A DNA stretch of 64,000 nt, taken from NCBI RefSeq assembly GCF_009914755.1, contig NC_060931.1. The stretch is one strand, 5' to 3'. Below the pieces are notes generated by a model that was given only the letters and a program-made list of their open reading frames with translations, made no database searches and was not told where the DNA came from. Shown piece by piece: positions 45,601 through 59,417 of this stretch. Position 1 is the first letter of the stretch; the number at the start of each line of letters is the position of its first letter. A program made the translations under genes and the position numbers. Source of the stretch: the human T2T-CHM13v2.0 reference genome, Homo sapiens.

Positions 45601-46224
45601 CCTTTTTAATATGAGAAAATCAAAGAAGAAAAAATATGTGAGATAAAAATGTTAGTATGACTAATCTTCCTTAAGTTGATTATTTACATATGACTTTTAT
45701 AAACCCATGAACAAAAGAGTTTACCTTGTGTTTAACAGAGAACGATCTTCTCCGTTATTAGTCATTAATCTGAATTTACTTTTTCTTTCAGAGTCTACTT
45801 TAGCATGCAGTTAAGAGTCACAATTATGATGCCAATATGTGTTTCTGGACTTCAGAAGAACTTAATACCACCTCAGTATATCTTGCCTTGTGGGTTATCA
45901 ATAAATATTTCATATCATTTTGTTTCTTTAAGCCTTAGAAATATGTCATGTGAAGTATTAAGATAGTCATAATTCTCCAAACCTGAAGAATATATTATGT
46001 GAGAGAATTAAATAGCTTTTCCTGAATAATTTTTTCATGATAAAAGTCACTTAAAAAGCTCTGAGCAGATCTCATTTCCCAGAGCACTGCCAGCTCCTGT
46101 TCCTTTTCTACACAATTTGGCTTTGAAAATCCATTATCTATCTATATATTTTTATCAGTGTAGTTTAAAAACGTGGCTGGTCGTTCTTCACTGCTGAAGC
46201 GTGTTGAAAGTCATTTCTACTTAC

Positions 46225-46620
46225 CAAATTCAGTAATTGGGCAAGAACAAATAAAGTACATAGAAATCAGTGTCTCTGCAAAGAGACTATTATAATTTTT
46301 GCAAACACTGTCACTACTTTGTTTTATTTTCATGTGTACATCCGCAAGATTGAACAAGTTGAGCACTTGATGCAAAAAGTATAATTTGATTATTTTCCTT
46401 TCTCTGAAGATTTCCTTGTTATGTCTGCACGGGTTGGATACCAAAGGGTCTATGATCTCACTGGTCATATTGTGAAAGGTCCTCTGGTCACAGTGGCCCA
46501 CAGAATATTCTCGGTATATAATTACCAAGTTTTTTAGCATAAGCCAAACTTACAAAATCGTGTTCATTGTTCTGGAGTACTTTAGGATCATTTACAGCAA
46601 TAGTAAAAGAGAGAACTTTC
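46225..46620 (-). pseudogene. Decayed EGF exon (most 5' clear EGF block; may extend to ~47300 across the Alu)
   Basis: RFCKFGLC*, then ORF 46217..46540: YSVGHCD, SEIIDPLVSNPCRHN (46418-46462), KIKQSSDSVCKN, YFICSCPITEFG ending at the phase-1 donor G|GTAAGT (46219-46224). Confidence 0.75.
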
Positions 46621-46897
46621 TAATTAGAAAACATAAATTTGTTTATGGAAATTCAACTTTATTCTCTACATTTGCTAATTTCAGGATTGTACGTGGGCAA
46701 CTGAGAAGAAAATGGGGGTGTAATTACAAAGACACTTCTTGAATATAGTACCATCATCTTGAGGTGTTGACATTCTGTAGGCTCAGCAGGTGTTCAAAGA
46801 CGACACAATGTTTCATTAAGTGCTTTGGTGGAATAAAGTCTGGTTTTCTAGGAAACAGCCCCTGAGATGATGTGGTTTACCTAACGTAGTGATTCTT

Positions 46898-47207
<310 letters not shown>

Positions 47208-50200
47208 AATGTAGTGATTCTTACCCGAATCAATAATGAGTCTCAGCCCATGATCACTTCTCAGGCTGTGACTGTGGCACTTTTCTCTTTCAGGTTAGAA
47301 GTGAGTTGAAGAAGAGCAAGAGAATGTTCAGAGAAACATGGGAGTAACTAATATAATCTCCCTTGTCAAATTATGTATTACCAGAATTACTTTTCCTGAT
47401 GGTCATGATCAACTAGTGCTGACAGAAGTATTATTACTTATACTGTTCATGTTATTATTCATTTTCCTTGATTACTCTTGATGCTTATTTTTGTTAAAGC
47501 GACTATTTTGATTATTTTCTATTTCCCATTTTCTTAATTTCTGTTACTTTTAAATACATATTTATTTCATGTACTTAATACGTTTAATTTGTTCTTTTAG
47601 CTTCCAAACAAAATTATCAACATAGAAAAGACAACACAATTTAAAAAATCTACAGTAGGGCAGCAAACAGTTTCTGCATTTGAAATAGCAACAAATGTTA
47701 GAATAATTATTAGTATGTTTTTATGTCTTTGTGCCACATACTGTGCTATGAATCACTTCATTACACAGTAGGGTAACTTAATGTTATGTTTAGGCTGAGT
47801 GCAAGGAAACCAGGAATATCCAATAAAGGAATGGGTATTTACATGCGAAAGTATTGGGAAAATTATGGTGAAGGAGATAACTGTATTACATAGAAACATG
47901 GAAGGAAATTATAGGAAAAGGGCAGAGCACAACTAAACACACAAGCAAGAAAGTAAATGGCTTGCTTTGGGAATAGCTAGCAACTTTTCTTATTAACACC
48001 ATATGATCAAAATTATAATGAAATTTTAAAAAATGAAACAATGCAGGTGTTTATGAAAATAAAAAGGACAAAGAAGAACTGAGAATTTTTGCCTTGATTG
48101 TAAGCCTCTGTGAAATCTGTTAGATGTTAAATTTCACAAAAAGATATGGAGAAGAATATTCATCATAGAAAACAATAAAACAGGAGTTAAAGGCCAAAAA
48201 TTCAAGCTAAAAACTGTTATAAGAAATTGATAAACAGTATTGTACTCTATGAATCTATCTATGTCCTTATCTATGCATCTATGTTTTGTAGAATGCAAGT
48301 GGAGGCTCTGAAACTTCTTATCCAGCCTCCTTTACCTTTCCTCCACCTTTCTTCCTGTCAGTAAAAGGAAAACTCTATTTTAACTCAGAAATATTTTGCT
48401 CAGAAAAGATCTCAGAAAAAAATCTCAGAAGTGTTTGTGGTTCAAAAATCTGTTTCCTTAAAAACTTAACTTTTAAATACAGTAAAAAGTATTAGATCCT
48501 CTCGTACCTCTGATTAAACATCTTTCTAACTTATAAAACTAATTTGTAATAGTATCCAAACTCTTTCCAAAAATGTTCAATATGCTTTTTTATTAAAATA
48601 GATGACATATGAAGAATTTACCATAATGAAAATATCTTATATTGTTGATTGAAAATACCTCACTAATTATTATGTTTCAATGTCTGTGACTGTAAAAATG
48701 AGAGAATTATACTAAATAATTGAAATAGACTTTGCTAGCTCTAATTGATGTGAGTCAATGCATTTTTGTTATTATGAAATAAAAACCCAGTACATTTGTA
48801 GAAATATAAAAATGATTTCTAAATTCTGTAATTAAGTTACAGCTAATGAAATTAAACATTTTATTTTATTATTTTTTCTCTTAATTGGCCAAATGTTACA
48901 TTTCTCTAATTAAGTAATAGGTGGGCTAATAGAAAACACCTTGTATTCAAATATCTGTCCTTAATGTTTTAATGGACAACTATACATTTTCCAAGTGCTC
49001 AAATAGGAAAAAAACATGTATTAGAAACTTTGAACCTGGTCCTCAAAGCAATACCTATTTCTGAGTAGCCAATATCACCACATAATTCTGTTGTGCAATG
49101 AAACTCAGAAAGTTTTGTAGTTGTTGTTTTTAAGACACTCTAAATCTAAATATGTAGGGTAAACCACTATGCTTCATGGCCAGGGAATTAGGCATACTGA
49201 TTAAAAGTCTTTCAATAGTAATAAGACTCATCTATATATCTCTCAAAATAATGCCACCAACTCCCTCACACATACTTTCTTAAGTCAACATCCTCTCTTC
49301 TACATTAAAAATGGAAAACAAATATTCTCTTTTAAATAACTTCTATGTGATCTGCTCAGAAGTTGTACCTCAGCCTCTTGTTTCCTCATTTATGTTCTGA
49401 TCTGCTGTGAACTATGGCCCACTTGGTTGCTGGTCACCACTTAAACAGAAGCATCTATCTCACTTCTTGCAAAGGGTGAAGGGAAAGGCGATATAAACAA
49501 ACCACATTTCATTCTACTGACTTCTACTTTCTCTCCACAGCAATACTGAACAACGCCACCTCAGTGGGTCTGACAGAAGACAGAAGAATTAAAGTTTAAT
49601 TGTGCAGTAAGTATATGTGCAATAAATATACTGGGGTGCAAAAAAATACCATATCTACTTATTTTTGAAACCGAATTCAAGCTCTCCCATGCAACTATTC
49701 TTAAGGATGGAATAAAATTCATTCTCAGTCGTGAACAATGGTTGAAATGAGGAAGATTCCTATTTTTTTATAATCCTACTTAAGACTCTAGAAGAAAGAC
49801 TCTTCTTCAGTCCACCACACCAAGTCTGGAATGATGTGTTCATTGATCCAGCGTACCTTGAGATAGCTTCTCTCATCTCTTTGACTCTAGCTTAATTTCA
49901 GTGATTATTTTAGAGCTGAAGGCTGGGACAACCTGAGTGCTGTCTCCAGGAGACAGCACCACAGTCATTCCTGGGGACTCAAGAAAGGGTATGACCCATG
50001 AAGTCTTAATTCTCTTCCTAGTTCCTGTTGGACACTTTTTAGACACCCATCCTCCTGCTTGTGCAAATTCTGCCAAAGTTTGTCTTTAAAAAAGACATTA
50101 ATATCTTAGGGTAGAAAGTGTCTTCCTTGGATTAAAGACATTAACACATCTCTGAGGAAAGAAGATAGAAGTTCATCTCTTCATCCTTCCATACACCCAG

Positions 50201-52671
50201 AGCAATGGGAACAAATCAAAATTAATTTATCAGTTATCATTCTACCACATACGATTTGTCCCATTGTCTAGCATGAAGAAAGCAAAAGCGTATGTGGATA
50301 GAAAGGGGCATCTAAACGTTTTACCATTCACATTGATCAAAGACTTGCACAGAGAAATGTAGAATTTTAATTGTTTATTTATCTTATTTTTTCCAACTTT
50401 TATTTTAGATTCAGGAGGTACATGTGCAGGTTTGTTACATGGATATTTTGCCTGATGCTGAGATTTGGAGTATGAATGACCACATCATCCAGGAACTGAC
50501 TATAGTTCCCAATAGTTTCATTTTCAACTTTTGCCCTCTTCCTCCCACCCCCCTCTAGTAGTCCCCAGTTTCTATTGTATCTATTTTTATATCCATGTGT
50601 ACTCAATGTTTAGCTCCCATATATAAGTGAGAACATGCAGTATTTGGTTTTCTCTTTCTGCATTAATTAGGATAATGGCTTCTAGCTACATTCATGATGC
50701 TGCAAGGGACACAATTATTTTTGTGTCTGCATTGTATACAGTATGGTATACATGTACTACATTTTCTTTTTTTTTAATCCACCTATGATGTGCACCTAGG
50801 TTGATTCCATGTCTTTGATATTGTAAATAGTGTCTGTTAAATATGTGAATAGATTTGTCTCTTTGGTAGAACAATTTGTTTTGCATATATACTCAGTAAT
50901 GGGATTGCTTGGTCAAATGGTGGTTCTGTTTTTATTTATTTATTTATTTTTTGAGAAATCTTCAAACTGCTTTCCACAGTGGTTGAACTAATTTACATTC
51001 CTATCAATGTTATGTAAATGTTCTCTTTTCTCTGCAGCTTCACCAGCATCTGTTGTTTATTTGACTTTTTAGTAACTATTCTGACTTATATGAGATGGTA
51101 TCTTGCTGTGGTTTTGATTGGTATTTATCTGATGATGAGTTCTGAGGATTTTTTATATGTATGTTGGTCATTTGTATGTTTATTTCTTCTGTATATGTCT
51201 AGCTAGCTATTCCAGCACCATTTAAATAAGAATTTCATTCCTCATTGGCGACTTTATTGAAGATTAATTGGTTGCAGGTGTGCAGTTTTATTTCTAGGTT
51301 TTCTAGTGTGTTCCATTGGTCTATGTGTCTGTCTTGTACCAAAACCATGCTGTTTTAGTTACTGTAGCCATATAGTATAGTTTGAAGTCAGGTAAGGTAG
51401 TGTCTTCAGCTTTGTTATTTGCTTAGGATTGCTTCAGGTATTTAGATTCTTTTATGATTCCACATGATTTTTAGAGTCTTTTTTTTTTCTAATTCTGTGA
51501 AAAATGTCATTGGTAGATGAAAGGAATATTGTTGAATCTGCAGATTGCTTTGGACAGATGGCTATTTTAAAGGTATTGATTGTTCCAATCTATGAGCTTG
51601 AAAAGTTTTTCTATTTGCTTCGGTCAACTATGATTTCTTTTAGTAGTGTTTTAGAGTTCTCCTTGTAGAGCTCTTTCACTGTCTTGGTACTATTCCTATG
51701 TATTTTATTTTGTTTTTGGCTATTGTAAATGGGACTGCATCCTTGCTTTGGCTTTCAGATTGGTAGGAATAAATGCTACTGATTTTTTTATATAGTATCC
51801 TGACACTACCTGAAATTATTTATCAGTTACTGGTGCCTTTTGACAGAGCCTTTAGGGCTTTCTTTGCATAGAATCTTAACATCAGAACAGAGAGATTTTT
51901 GACATTTTCTTCCTATTTAGATGCCTTTTATTTTTTTCTCTTGACTGATCATTCTGGCTAACACTTTCAGTATTATATTGAATAGAAATGGTGAGGGTGA
52001 GCATCTTTGTGTTGTTCTAGTTCTCAAAAGGAACGGTTCCACTTTTTGCTGGTCCAGTATGATGTTGGATGGCTGAGTTTGTTACAGATGGCTCTTAGTA
52101 TTTTGAGGTATTTTTGTTTGGTGCCTTGATTATTGAGGAACTTTATGATGAAGCCATGATGAATATTATTGAGAACTTTTTCCAAATCTATTTAAATGAT
52201 CATATGGTTTTTATTTTCAATTCTGTTTATGTTGTGATTTATATGTGTTGATTTGCATATGTTGAATCCAACTTGCATCCCCAGAATGAAGACTAATTGT
52301 TAATGATAAATTAACTTTTTGTTGTGCTGCTGGATTTTGTTTTCTAGTATTTTGTTGAGAATTGTTGTGTCTATGTTCATCAATGATGTTGGTCTGTAGT
52401 TTTATCTTTTGTTGTTTCCTCGTCAGATTTTGGTATTAGGGTGTGATGCTAGTTTCAGAAAAGAGTGAGAAAGGAATCTTTTCTCAGTTTTTTGAATAGT
52501 TTCATTGAATTGGCACCAGATCTTATTTGTAATTTGGCTATGAATCCATCTGGTCCAGGGCTTTTATTGGTTTCTAGGTTTTTATTACTAATTCAATTTC
52601 AGCTCTTGATATTGGTCTGTTAGGGTTTCAATTTCTCCCTGAATCAATTAGGAGATTGTGTGTTTCCAGTA

Positions 52672-55033
52672 TGTTTTACTTTGTTCTCACACCTCTATAA
52701 AGGACTACCCACGAATAAGTAATTTATAAATAAAAGAGGTTTAATCGACTCACAATTCCTAGGGAGGCCTCAGGGAACTTACAGTTATGGCAGAAGGCAA
52801 AGGAGAAGCAAGCACCTTCTTTACAAGGCAGGAGGAGAGAGAGAGAATGCAAGAGGGGAAATGCCACACTTTAAAATCATCAGCTCTTGTGAGAACTCAC
52901 TCACTATCATGAGAACAGAATGAGGGTAACCACCCCCATGATCCAATGACCTCCTACCAAGTCCCTCTCTTGACCTGTGGAGATTACAATTTAAGATGAG
53001 ATTTGGATTGGGACACAGAGCCAAACCATATCATTCTGCCCCAAACCCTCCCAACACTCATATACTTTTCACATTTCAAAACAAATCATGCCTCCCCAAC
53101 AGTCCCCCAAACTCTTAACTCATTCTAGCAATAACTCACAAATTCAAGTCCAAAATGTCATCTGAGACAAGGCAATCCCATTCTGCCTATGAACTTCTAA
53201 AATAGAAAACAAGTTAGTTACCTCCAAAACACAATGGGGGTACAGGCATTGAGTAAATGTTCCTATTTTAAGTGGCAGAAATTGGCCAGAATATAGGCAC
53301 CACAGGACCCATGCAAGTTGAAACCTGGCAAGGCAGTCATTAAATATCAAATCTCCAAAATAATCTCCTTTGCCTCTGTGTGTCACTTCCAGTTCACACT
53401 GATGCAAGGGGTAAACTCCCAAGGCATTGGGCAGCTCTGCCTCTCTCTCTCTGGCTCTGCAGGGTACAGGCCCCACAGCTGCTTTCACAGGCTGACTTTG
53501 AGTGCCTGCTGCTTTTCCAGGCATATGGTGTAAGCTGTTGGTGGGTCTACCATTCTGGGGTCTGGAGGATGGTGGCCATCTTCTCACAGCTCCCCTAGAA
53601 AGTGCCTCAGTGGGGACTCTGTTTTGTAGCTCCAACCCCACATTTCCCCTCTGCATTGCCCTAGTAGAAGTTCTCCATAAGGACTCCATTCCTGCATCAG
53701 ACTTCTGCCTAGACATCCAGGCATTTTCATACATCCTCTGAAATCTAGGCAGAGGTCCCCAAACCTCAACACTTGTCTTCTGCATACCCTCAGGCCCAAC
53801 ACGATGGGGAAGCCACAAAGGCTTGGGGCTTGCACCATCTGAAGCAAAGGCCCAATATGTACCTTGTCACCTTTTAGCCATGGCTGGAGATAGAGTGGCT
53901 GGGACATAGGGTGCCATGTCCTGAGGCTGCAAAGAGCAGTAGGGTCCTGGGTTTGGCCCATGAAACCATTTTTCCCTCCTAGGCTTCCAGGCCCGTGATG
54001 AGAGGGGCTGCTGTAAAGATCTCTGGAGATGCCCTGAATACATTTTTCCCATTGTCTCAGCAATTAACATTTGGCTTCTCAATACTTACACAAATTTCTG
54101 CAGCCAGCTTGAATTTCTTCCTCCAGAATTGTTTTTCTTCTACCACATGGTCAGGCTGTAAATTTTCCAAACCTTTATATCTGCTTCTCTTTTAAACATA
54201 AGCTCCAAATTCAAACCGTCTCTTGGTGAATGCATATAAATGCATGTTTTCAGAAAAAGCCAGGTCACCTCTTGAATGCTTTGCTGCTTAGATATTTCCT
54301 TTGCCAGATACCCAAATAATCTCTCTCAGGTTCAAAGTTCCACAGATCTCTAGGGCAGGGGCAAAATGCTGCCAGTCTGTTTGCTAAGGCATAGCAAGAG
54401 TGACCTTTGCTGCAGTTCCCAATAATTTCTCAATATCCATCTGAGACCATTTCAGCCTGGACTTCATTGTCCATATCACTATCAGCATTTTGGGCAAAAC
54501 CATTCAACAAGACTGTAGGAAGTTCCAGACTTTCCCACCTCTTCCTGTCTTTTTCTAATCCCTCCAAACGGTTCAACCTTTGCCAGTTAGCTACTTCCGA
54601 AGTGGCTTCTACATTTTCAGGTCTCTTTATAGCAATACCTCCACTTCTGGTACCAATTGTCTGTATTAGCCTATTCTCACACTGCTATAAATAAATATCA
54701 GAGACTGGATAATTTATAAATAAAGGAGGTTTAATTGACTCACAGTTCCATATGGTTGGGGAGAAAACTCTGGAAACTTAACAATCATGCTGGAAAGCAA
54801 AGGAGAAGCAACCACCTTCTTCACAAGGTGGCAGGAGAAAGAGAGAGTGTGAGGGGTGAACTGTCACATTTTAAAACCATCAGCTCTCATGAGAACTCAC
54901 TCACTATCATGAGAACAGCATGGCAGAAACTGCTCCCGTTATGCAATCACCTCCCACCAAGTCCCTTTCTCAACACATGGGGATTACAATTTGAGATGAG
55001 ATTTGGGTGGTTAAACAGACCCAGGCCATATAA
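52672..55033 (-). mobile_element. Complete THE1D/MSTA-type MaLR element (3'LTR 52672-53033, internal 53034-54661, 5'LTR 54662-55033)
   Basis: Two similar LTRs in the same orientation; internal region with TGGTACCAG next to the 5'LTR and a polypurine tract next to the 3'LTR; TSD CAGTA/CAGGA; ORFs 53144..53818 and 53584..54063 are MaLR ORF remnants. Confidence 0.93.
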
Positions 55034-57839
55034 CAGGAATATGTCCATTTCCTCTAGATTTTCTAGTTGGTGTACCTAATTGTCTCTGAGCACCTTTTGT
55101 ATTTCTGTGTGATCAGTTATAATGTCATCTTTGTTATTTCTGCTTATTTGGATCTTTTTTTTCCTTTTTTTCTTTATTATTCCAGTAGGTGATCAATTAA
55201 TCTTGTTTATTTTTTCAAAGACCCAACTTTTGGTAACCTTGATTCTTTGTATGGATTTTTGGTCTCAATTTAGTTCATTTCTGCTATAATTTTAGCAATT
55301 TATTTTCTTCTGTTTGCTTTGGGGTCCTTTTGTTCTTTCTTTTCTAGCCCCTCCAGGTGTGATAATTGATTGTTAATATGATATTTTTCTAAATTTTTGA
55401 GGTATTCATTTAGTGCTTTAAACTTTCTTCTCAAGTCTGCTTTTGCTGTATCCCAGGGATTTTGGTATGTTGTGTCTTTGTTATTCATTTCAGATAAGTT
55501 TTTGATTCTTGCCTTAATTTTGTGGTTTACCCAAAAGTCATTCAGGACCAACTCGTTTAATTTCCATGTAACTGTGTGGTTTTGAGAGATCTTCTTGATA
55601 TTAATTTCTAATTTTATTTCACCTTAGTCCAAGAGTATGGTTGGTATGATTTTGATTTTTTTGAATTTATTGAAACTTGCTTTATGAGTATGTGGTTAGT
55701 TTTGGAGTATTTTCTGTGTGCAGATGAGAAGAATGTATATTCTGTGGTTGGTGGATAGAGTGTTCTGCAGATGTCTATTAGGTACAGTTGGTCAAGTGTC
55801 TAATTTATGTCCAGAAATTATTTGTTAATTTATTGCTAGATCTATCTAATGCTGTCAGTGCTGAAATCCTGTGCTATTACTGTGTGACTTGCTAATTCTT
55901 TTCTTGGGTCTAGAAGTACTTGTTTTATGAATCTAGGTACTCTCATGTTGAGTGTATGTATATTTTTGATAGTTAATTCCTCTTGTTGAATTTGAGCCCT
56001 TTATCTTTATGTAATGCACTTTTTTGTCATTTTTTACTGTTGTTATCTTAAAGTATGTTGTATCTACTATAAGAAGATAGACATCTGCATTTTTCTATAA
56101 TTCTTTACTTTGAGCCCAGGATTGTCCTTACATATGAGTTGGTTCTCTTGAAGACAGCACAGAACGAGTCTTGTTATTTTAATCCAACTTGCCAGTCTAT
56201 ACCTTTCAAATGGGGAGTTTAGACCATTTACCTTCAAAGTTAACATTAATATGTGAAGTTTTGATCCTATTGTGAAGTCGTTAGCTAGTTGCTTTGTAGT
56301 TTCTATTTTGTGGTTACTATATAGGTACTGTGGTGGACTATGCATTTAAGTGTGTTTTTGGTGGTAGCAGGTATTGTTCATTTGCTTCTATGTTTAAAAC
56401 TCCCATAAGGATCTCTTATAAGGCTGATCTTGTGGTAATGGATTGCCTTGGTGCTTGCTTATCTGGAAAAGATTTTATTTCTCCTTTGCTGATGAAGCTT
56501 AGTTTGGTGGGATGTTAAATTTTTGATTGCAATTTCTTTTCTTTAGAATGCTAATAAATGGTCCCTAGTCTTTTCTGGCTTCTAACGTTTCCGCTGTGAA
56601 GCCTGCTATTAGCCTGCCGTATGTGATCTGGTCTTTTTCTCTAGCTGCATTGAAAAATTTTTCTTGAATGTTGACCTTGGTGACTATATGCCTTGGTGAT
56701 GTTTACTTTGTATAGTTTCTTGCAAGTGTTCTGTGGATTTTTTTCTATCTGGATGTCTATCTCTCTAGCAAGATTAGGGAAATTTTCATGAATTATCCCA
56801 TCAATTATCTTGAATTCTTTCCTCAAATATCCAGTTTTCTTGGTTGTTTATTTTTTCCCTTCTCTCACAGGTATGCCAGTAATTTGTAGATTTAGCCACA
56901 TTACATAATCCTATATTCCTCTAAGATTCTGTTGAATTTTTTGTTTATTTTTATCTGTGTTAGTTTGAAACTCTGGTGTTCAAGCTCTGAAGTTATTTCT
57001 TCTGCCTGATCCAATCTGTTGTTAAAGCTTTCAAGTGTGTTTTGAAATTTTTTAAGTTTCTCAATTTAAAAATCTCTGGTGATTTTAAGATTTTTATCTT
57101 TTTCTTCATTTTCTGGATTTCTTTAGAAGTTTCTTTGTGTTGATTTTCAAACTTTTCTTGGATCTCATTGAGCTTTTTTGCAATCTATGCTTTGAATTCT
57201 TTTCTGTTATTTATGAGTTTCCATGTTGGTTAGGGACCATTGCTGGATAACTAATGCCCTTCTTTGATGACGTTGTTGCATTTGGATTTTACATGGTGCC
57301 AGTATTATTGCACTGGTTCCTTCCTAAATATGTAATTATTATCATACTGGTAGAATCTTTTTTTACTTTTCCCCCTGTACTAATATCTCTGTATATATTT
57401 TTTCCCTTTCCCTTTCCATCCCTCCCTATGGGGTGTGACTGTAGAGAATGCTGAGTAGAATATTTTGGCTTTGCTTCTGCAGCCCTGTGCACTTCCGTCA
57501 GTAGGTTTTATATTGGGCTGTGCAGTTTGACCCATCAGCCAGCAGATGGCGCATATAGGTAAGAGCCGGCTTTGTCGCTGTAGATGGGTATATACTTTAT
57601 TCTTGTTTACTGTGAGTAACCCTCTTTTGCCTCAAGCAATGGGCTGTTTCGTGGAATGCACAGTGGTCTGAGTTCCCTTCTCATCCTTAGGAGGGCAAGG
57701 CCCACGATGAGGGCCTAGACCTGGCAGGTCTGCCTACAAGTCCCCCGATGGCAGGCAAAATCACCAACACCAAGGGAGAATCCAAAGTAGCCACTAAGCC
57801 CCCAGAGGATTGTCTAAGAGTAGAGCTGGGAAGCCTTCT

Positions 57840-58540
57840 CAGCCCCAGGGTCTCTGCATAGGAATGGGGCAGCCTAAACTACTAATCTTTGAGATTGTTT
57901 CGGGTGCCTGGAGATCTTCCTGAGCGTCAAATGTTAAGTGGCCCTCTGCACCAAGATCTTTGCACAGGAGAGGTAGGCCACTCAGGCTGCTGGTCCAAGT
58001 GAACTAGTGCTCCGAATTCTTGGAGATCTGCCTGGGCATGAAGCAGAGAAGGCCTTCCTGCACCAAGATCTCTGCACGTGAAGGGTGGGTTAGCTCATCT
58101 TGCTGAACCAGGTGAACGTGTGTTCTGAATATCTGAAAACCTTCCTGGGTGTGGAGTGTAGAGAACTTCTCTGCACCAGGATCTCTGTACAGGAGAAATG
58201 TGGTGACTCAGGTTGCTGAACCAGGCAAGTAGGTTCTCTGAATGCCTGGAGATCTGCCTAGGTGTGGAGTGGAGAGAGCCCCACTACACAACGATCTATG
58301 CCCAGGAAGGGTGGGGCATCTCAGGCTGCTGAGCCAGGCAAACATTTGCTCTGAATGCCTGGGTGTGGACGGGCGAGGTCCTGACTGTCCCACAGTCTGT
58401 TTCCACGAGAAGTAGGGCATCTCAGACTGCTGATCCAGGCAAGAAGTTACTCCAAGTGCCTGGATTTCTGCTTGCAGGTGGACTAGAGAGGGCCCTGCTG
58501 CATCATTGTCTCAGGAGAGCAGGCTGGGGTGCCCTGCAGT
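57840..58540 (-). repeat. About 6-7 tandem ~112-bp monomers in the L1PA15/16 5'UTR
   Basis: GCACCA(A/G)GATCT..GCACAGGA..CTCAGGCTGCTG..TGGAGATCTGCCT recurs at about 57948, 58060, 58173, 58286, 58390 and 58500. Confidence 0.85.
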
Positions 58541-59417
58541 GGCACACACAGACTGGTTGCAGGTTGCCTACCTGACGCTGGCTACAAGTGTCATTGCCCA
58601 GGAGAAACTACCACTGTAGCAGCTCTCCTGCCTCAGGCCTGTGACAGGGGAGAGCACAATTTCAGCACTTACATTTCCCGATGCGCTTTCCACAGGTCTG
58701 GCTGTGTAAGTCCCTACCCTGCTCCAGATTAGCACTCCAATCTCTGGCCCAAGACTGAAATGACTGAGCAGCCATGCTGCCGAGTCACCAAGAGATGTGT
58801 AATTGTGTATGTGCCTGAATTAAAAATGGTGTACTGCTCTTGATCCTGCGTCTGAGAAAATGTCTGCAGCTCTTCCAGGTGCCTTTTCCTCACAGTGTCT
58901 CCAAGCCTCTCTGCAAGTTAGCTCCAGGGCTTGAAAGAAACAACATGCTCTCCCTTGGCCTGAGTTGCTTGGATCCCCACTGGAAAAGTGAGTCACAGCC
59001 GGAGGGTCTCTGCCTGTCTCCTGGGCTTTACTCACTCGGCCAGACACTTACGGAGGCTGTTTACCCATGTTCTTCTCCCCATGACCTGGGGTTTCCTTCA
59101 AAAATCTAGTGGATTCCCATTTTCCTTTTTGACTTAAAGCTCACAAAGTTTATCTTTATGGACTATCACGCTATTTCCAATTAGCTGAGACATGCTAAAA
59201 GCCTCAAATCTATCATCTTGAAGGAAAACTACAATTTTAATAGTACTATTTATTATGAAAGAAAGAGACAAAGAAAGGTAGCAGTACAGTGTAGTAAAAT
59301 AAAAATAATCTTTGAAATTTCAGATGTGGATTTGAATGTGAAATTAGACGTTTCTGAACACATCAACTTGAGAGGTTGTTGTATATTTATTCCACTTGTT
59401 CTACTACAAATGGGGGT

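Larger units (their letters stand above)
50375..59229 (-). mobile_element. Full-span L1PA15/16-like LINE-1 (internal deletions, THE1/MST insertion)
   Basis: 3'UTR at 50390, ORF2 and ORF1 remnants (ORFs 55300..55551, 56067..56345, 56641..56826), 5'UTR ending CATCTTG at ~59220; TSD-like TA(G/C)AATTTTAAT(T/A)GT at 50360-50374 and 59230-59244. Confidence 0.9.

Noticed and set aside
47300-50350. Possible promoter or signal-peptide exon of the fossil gene
   Set aside because: No CpG island, convincing ORF or motif found by eye; 49400-50150 may be an old LTR-like repeat that I could not identify.
53144-55079. Cluster of 70-224-aa ORFs
   Set aside because: All lie inside the THE1/MST element; they are MaLR ORF remnants or antisense shadows.
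57840-58540. Regularly spaced repeats as a CRISPR-like array
   Set aside because: Whole units are homologous, there are no unique spacers, and they lie in an L1 5'UTR in eukaryotic DNA.
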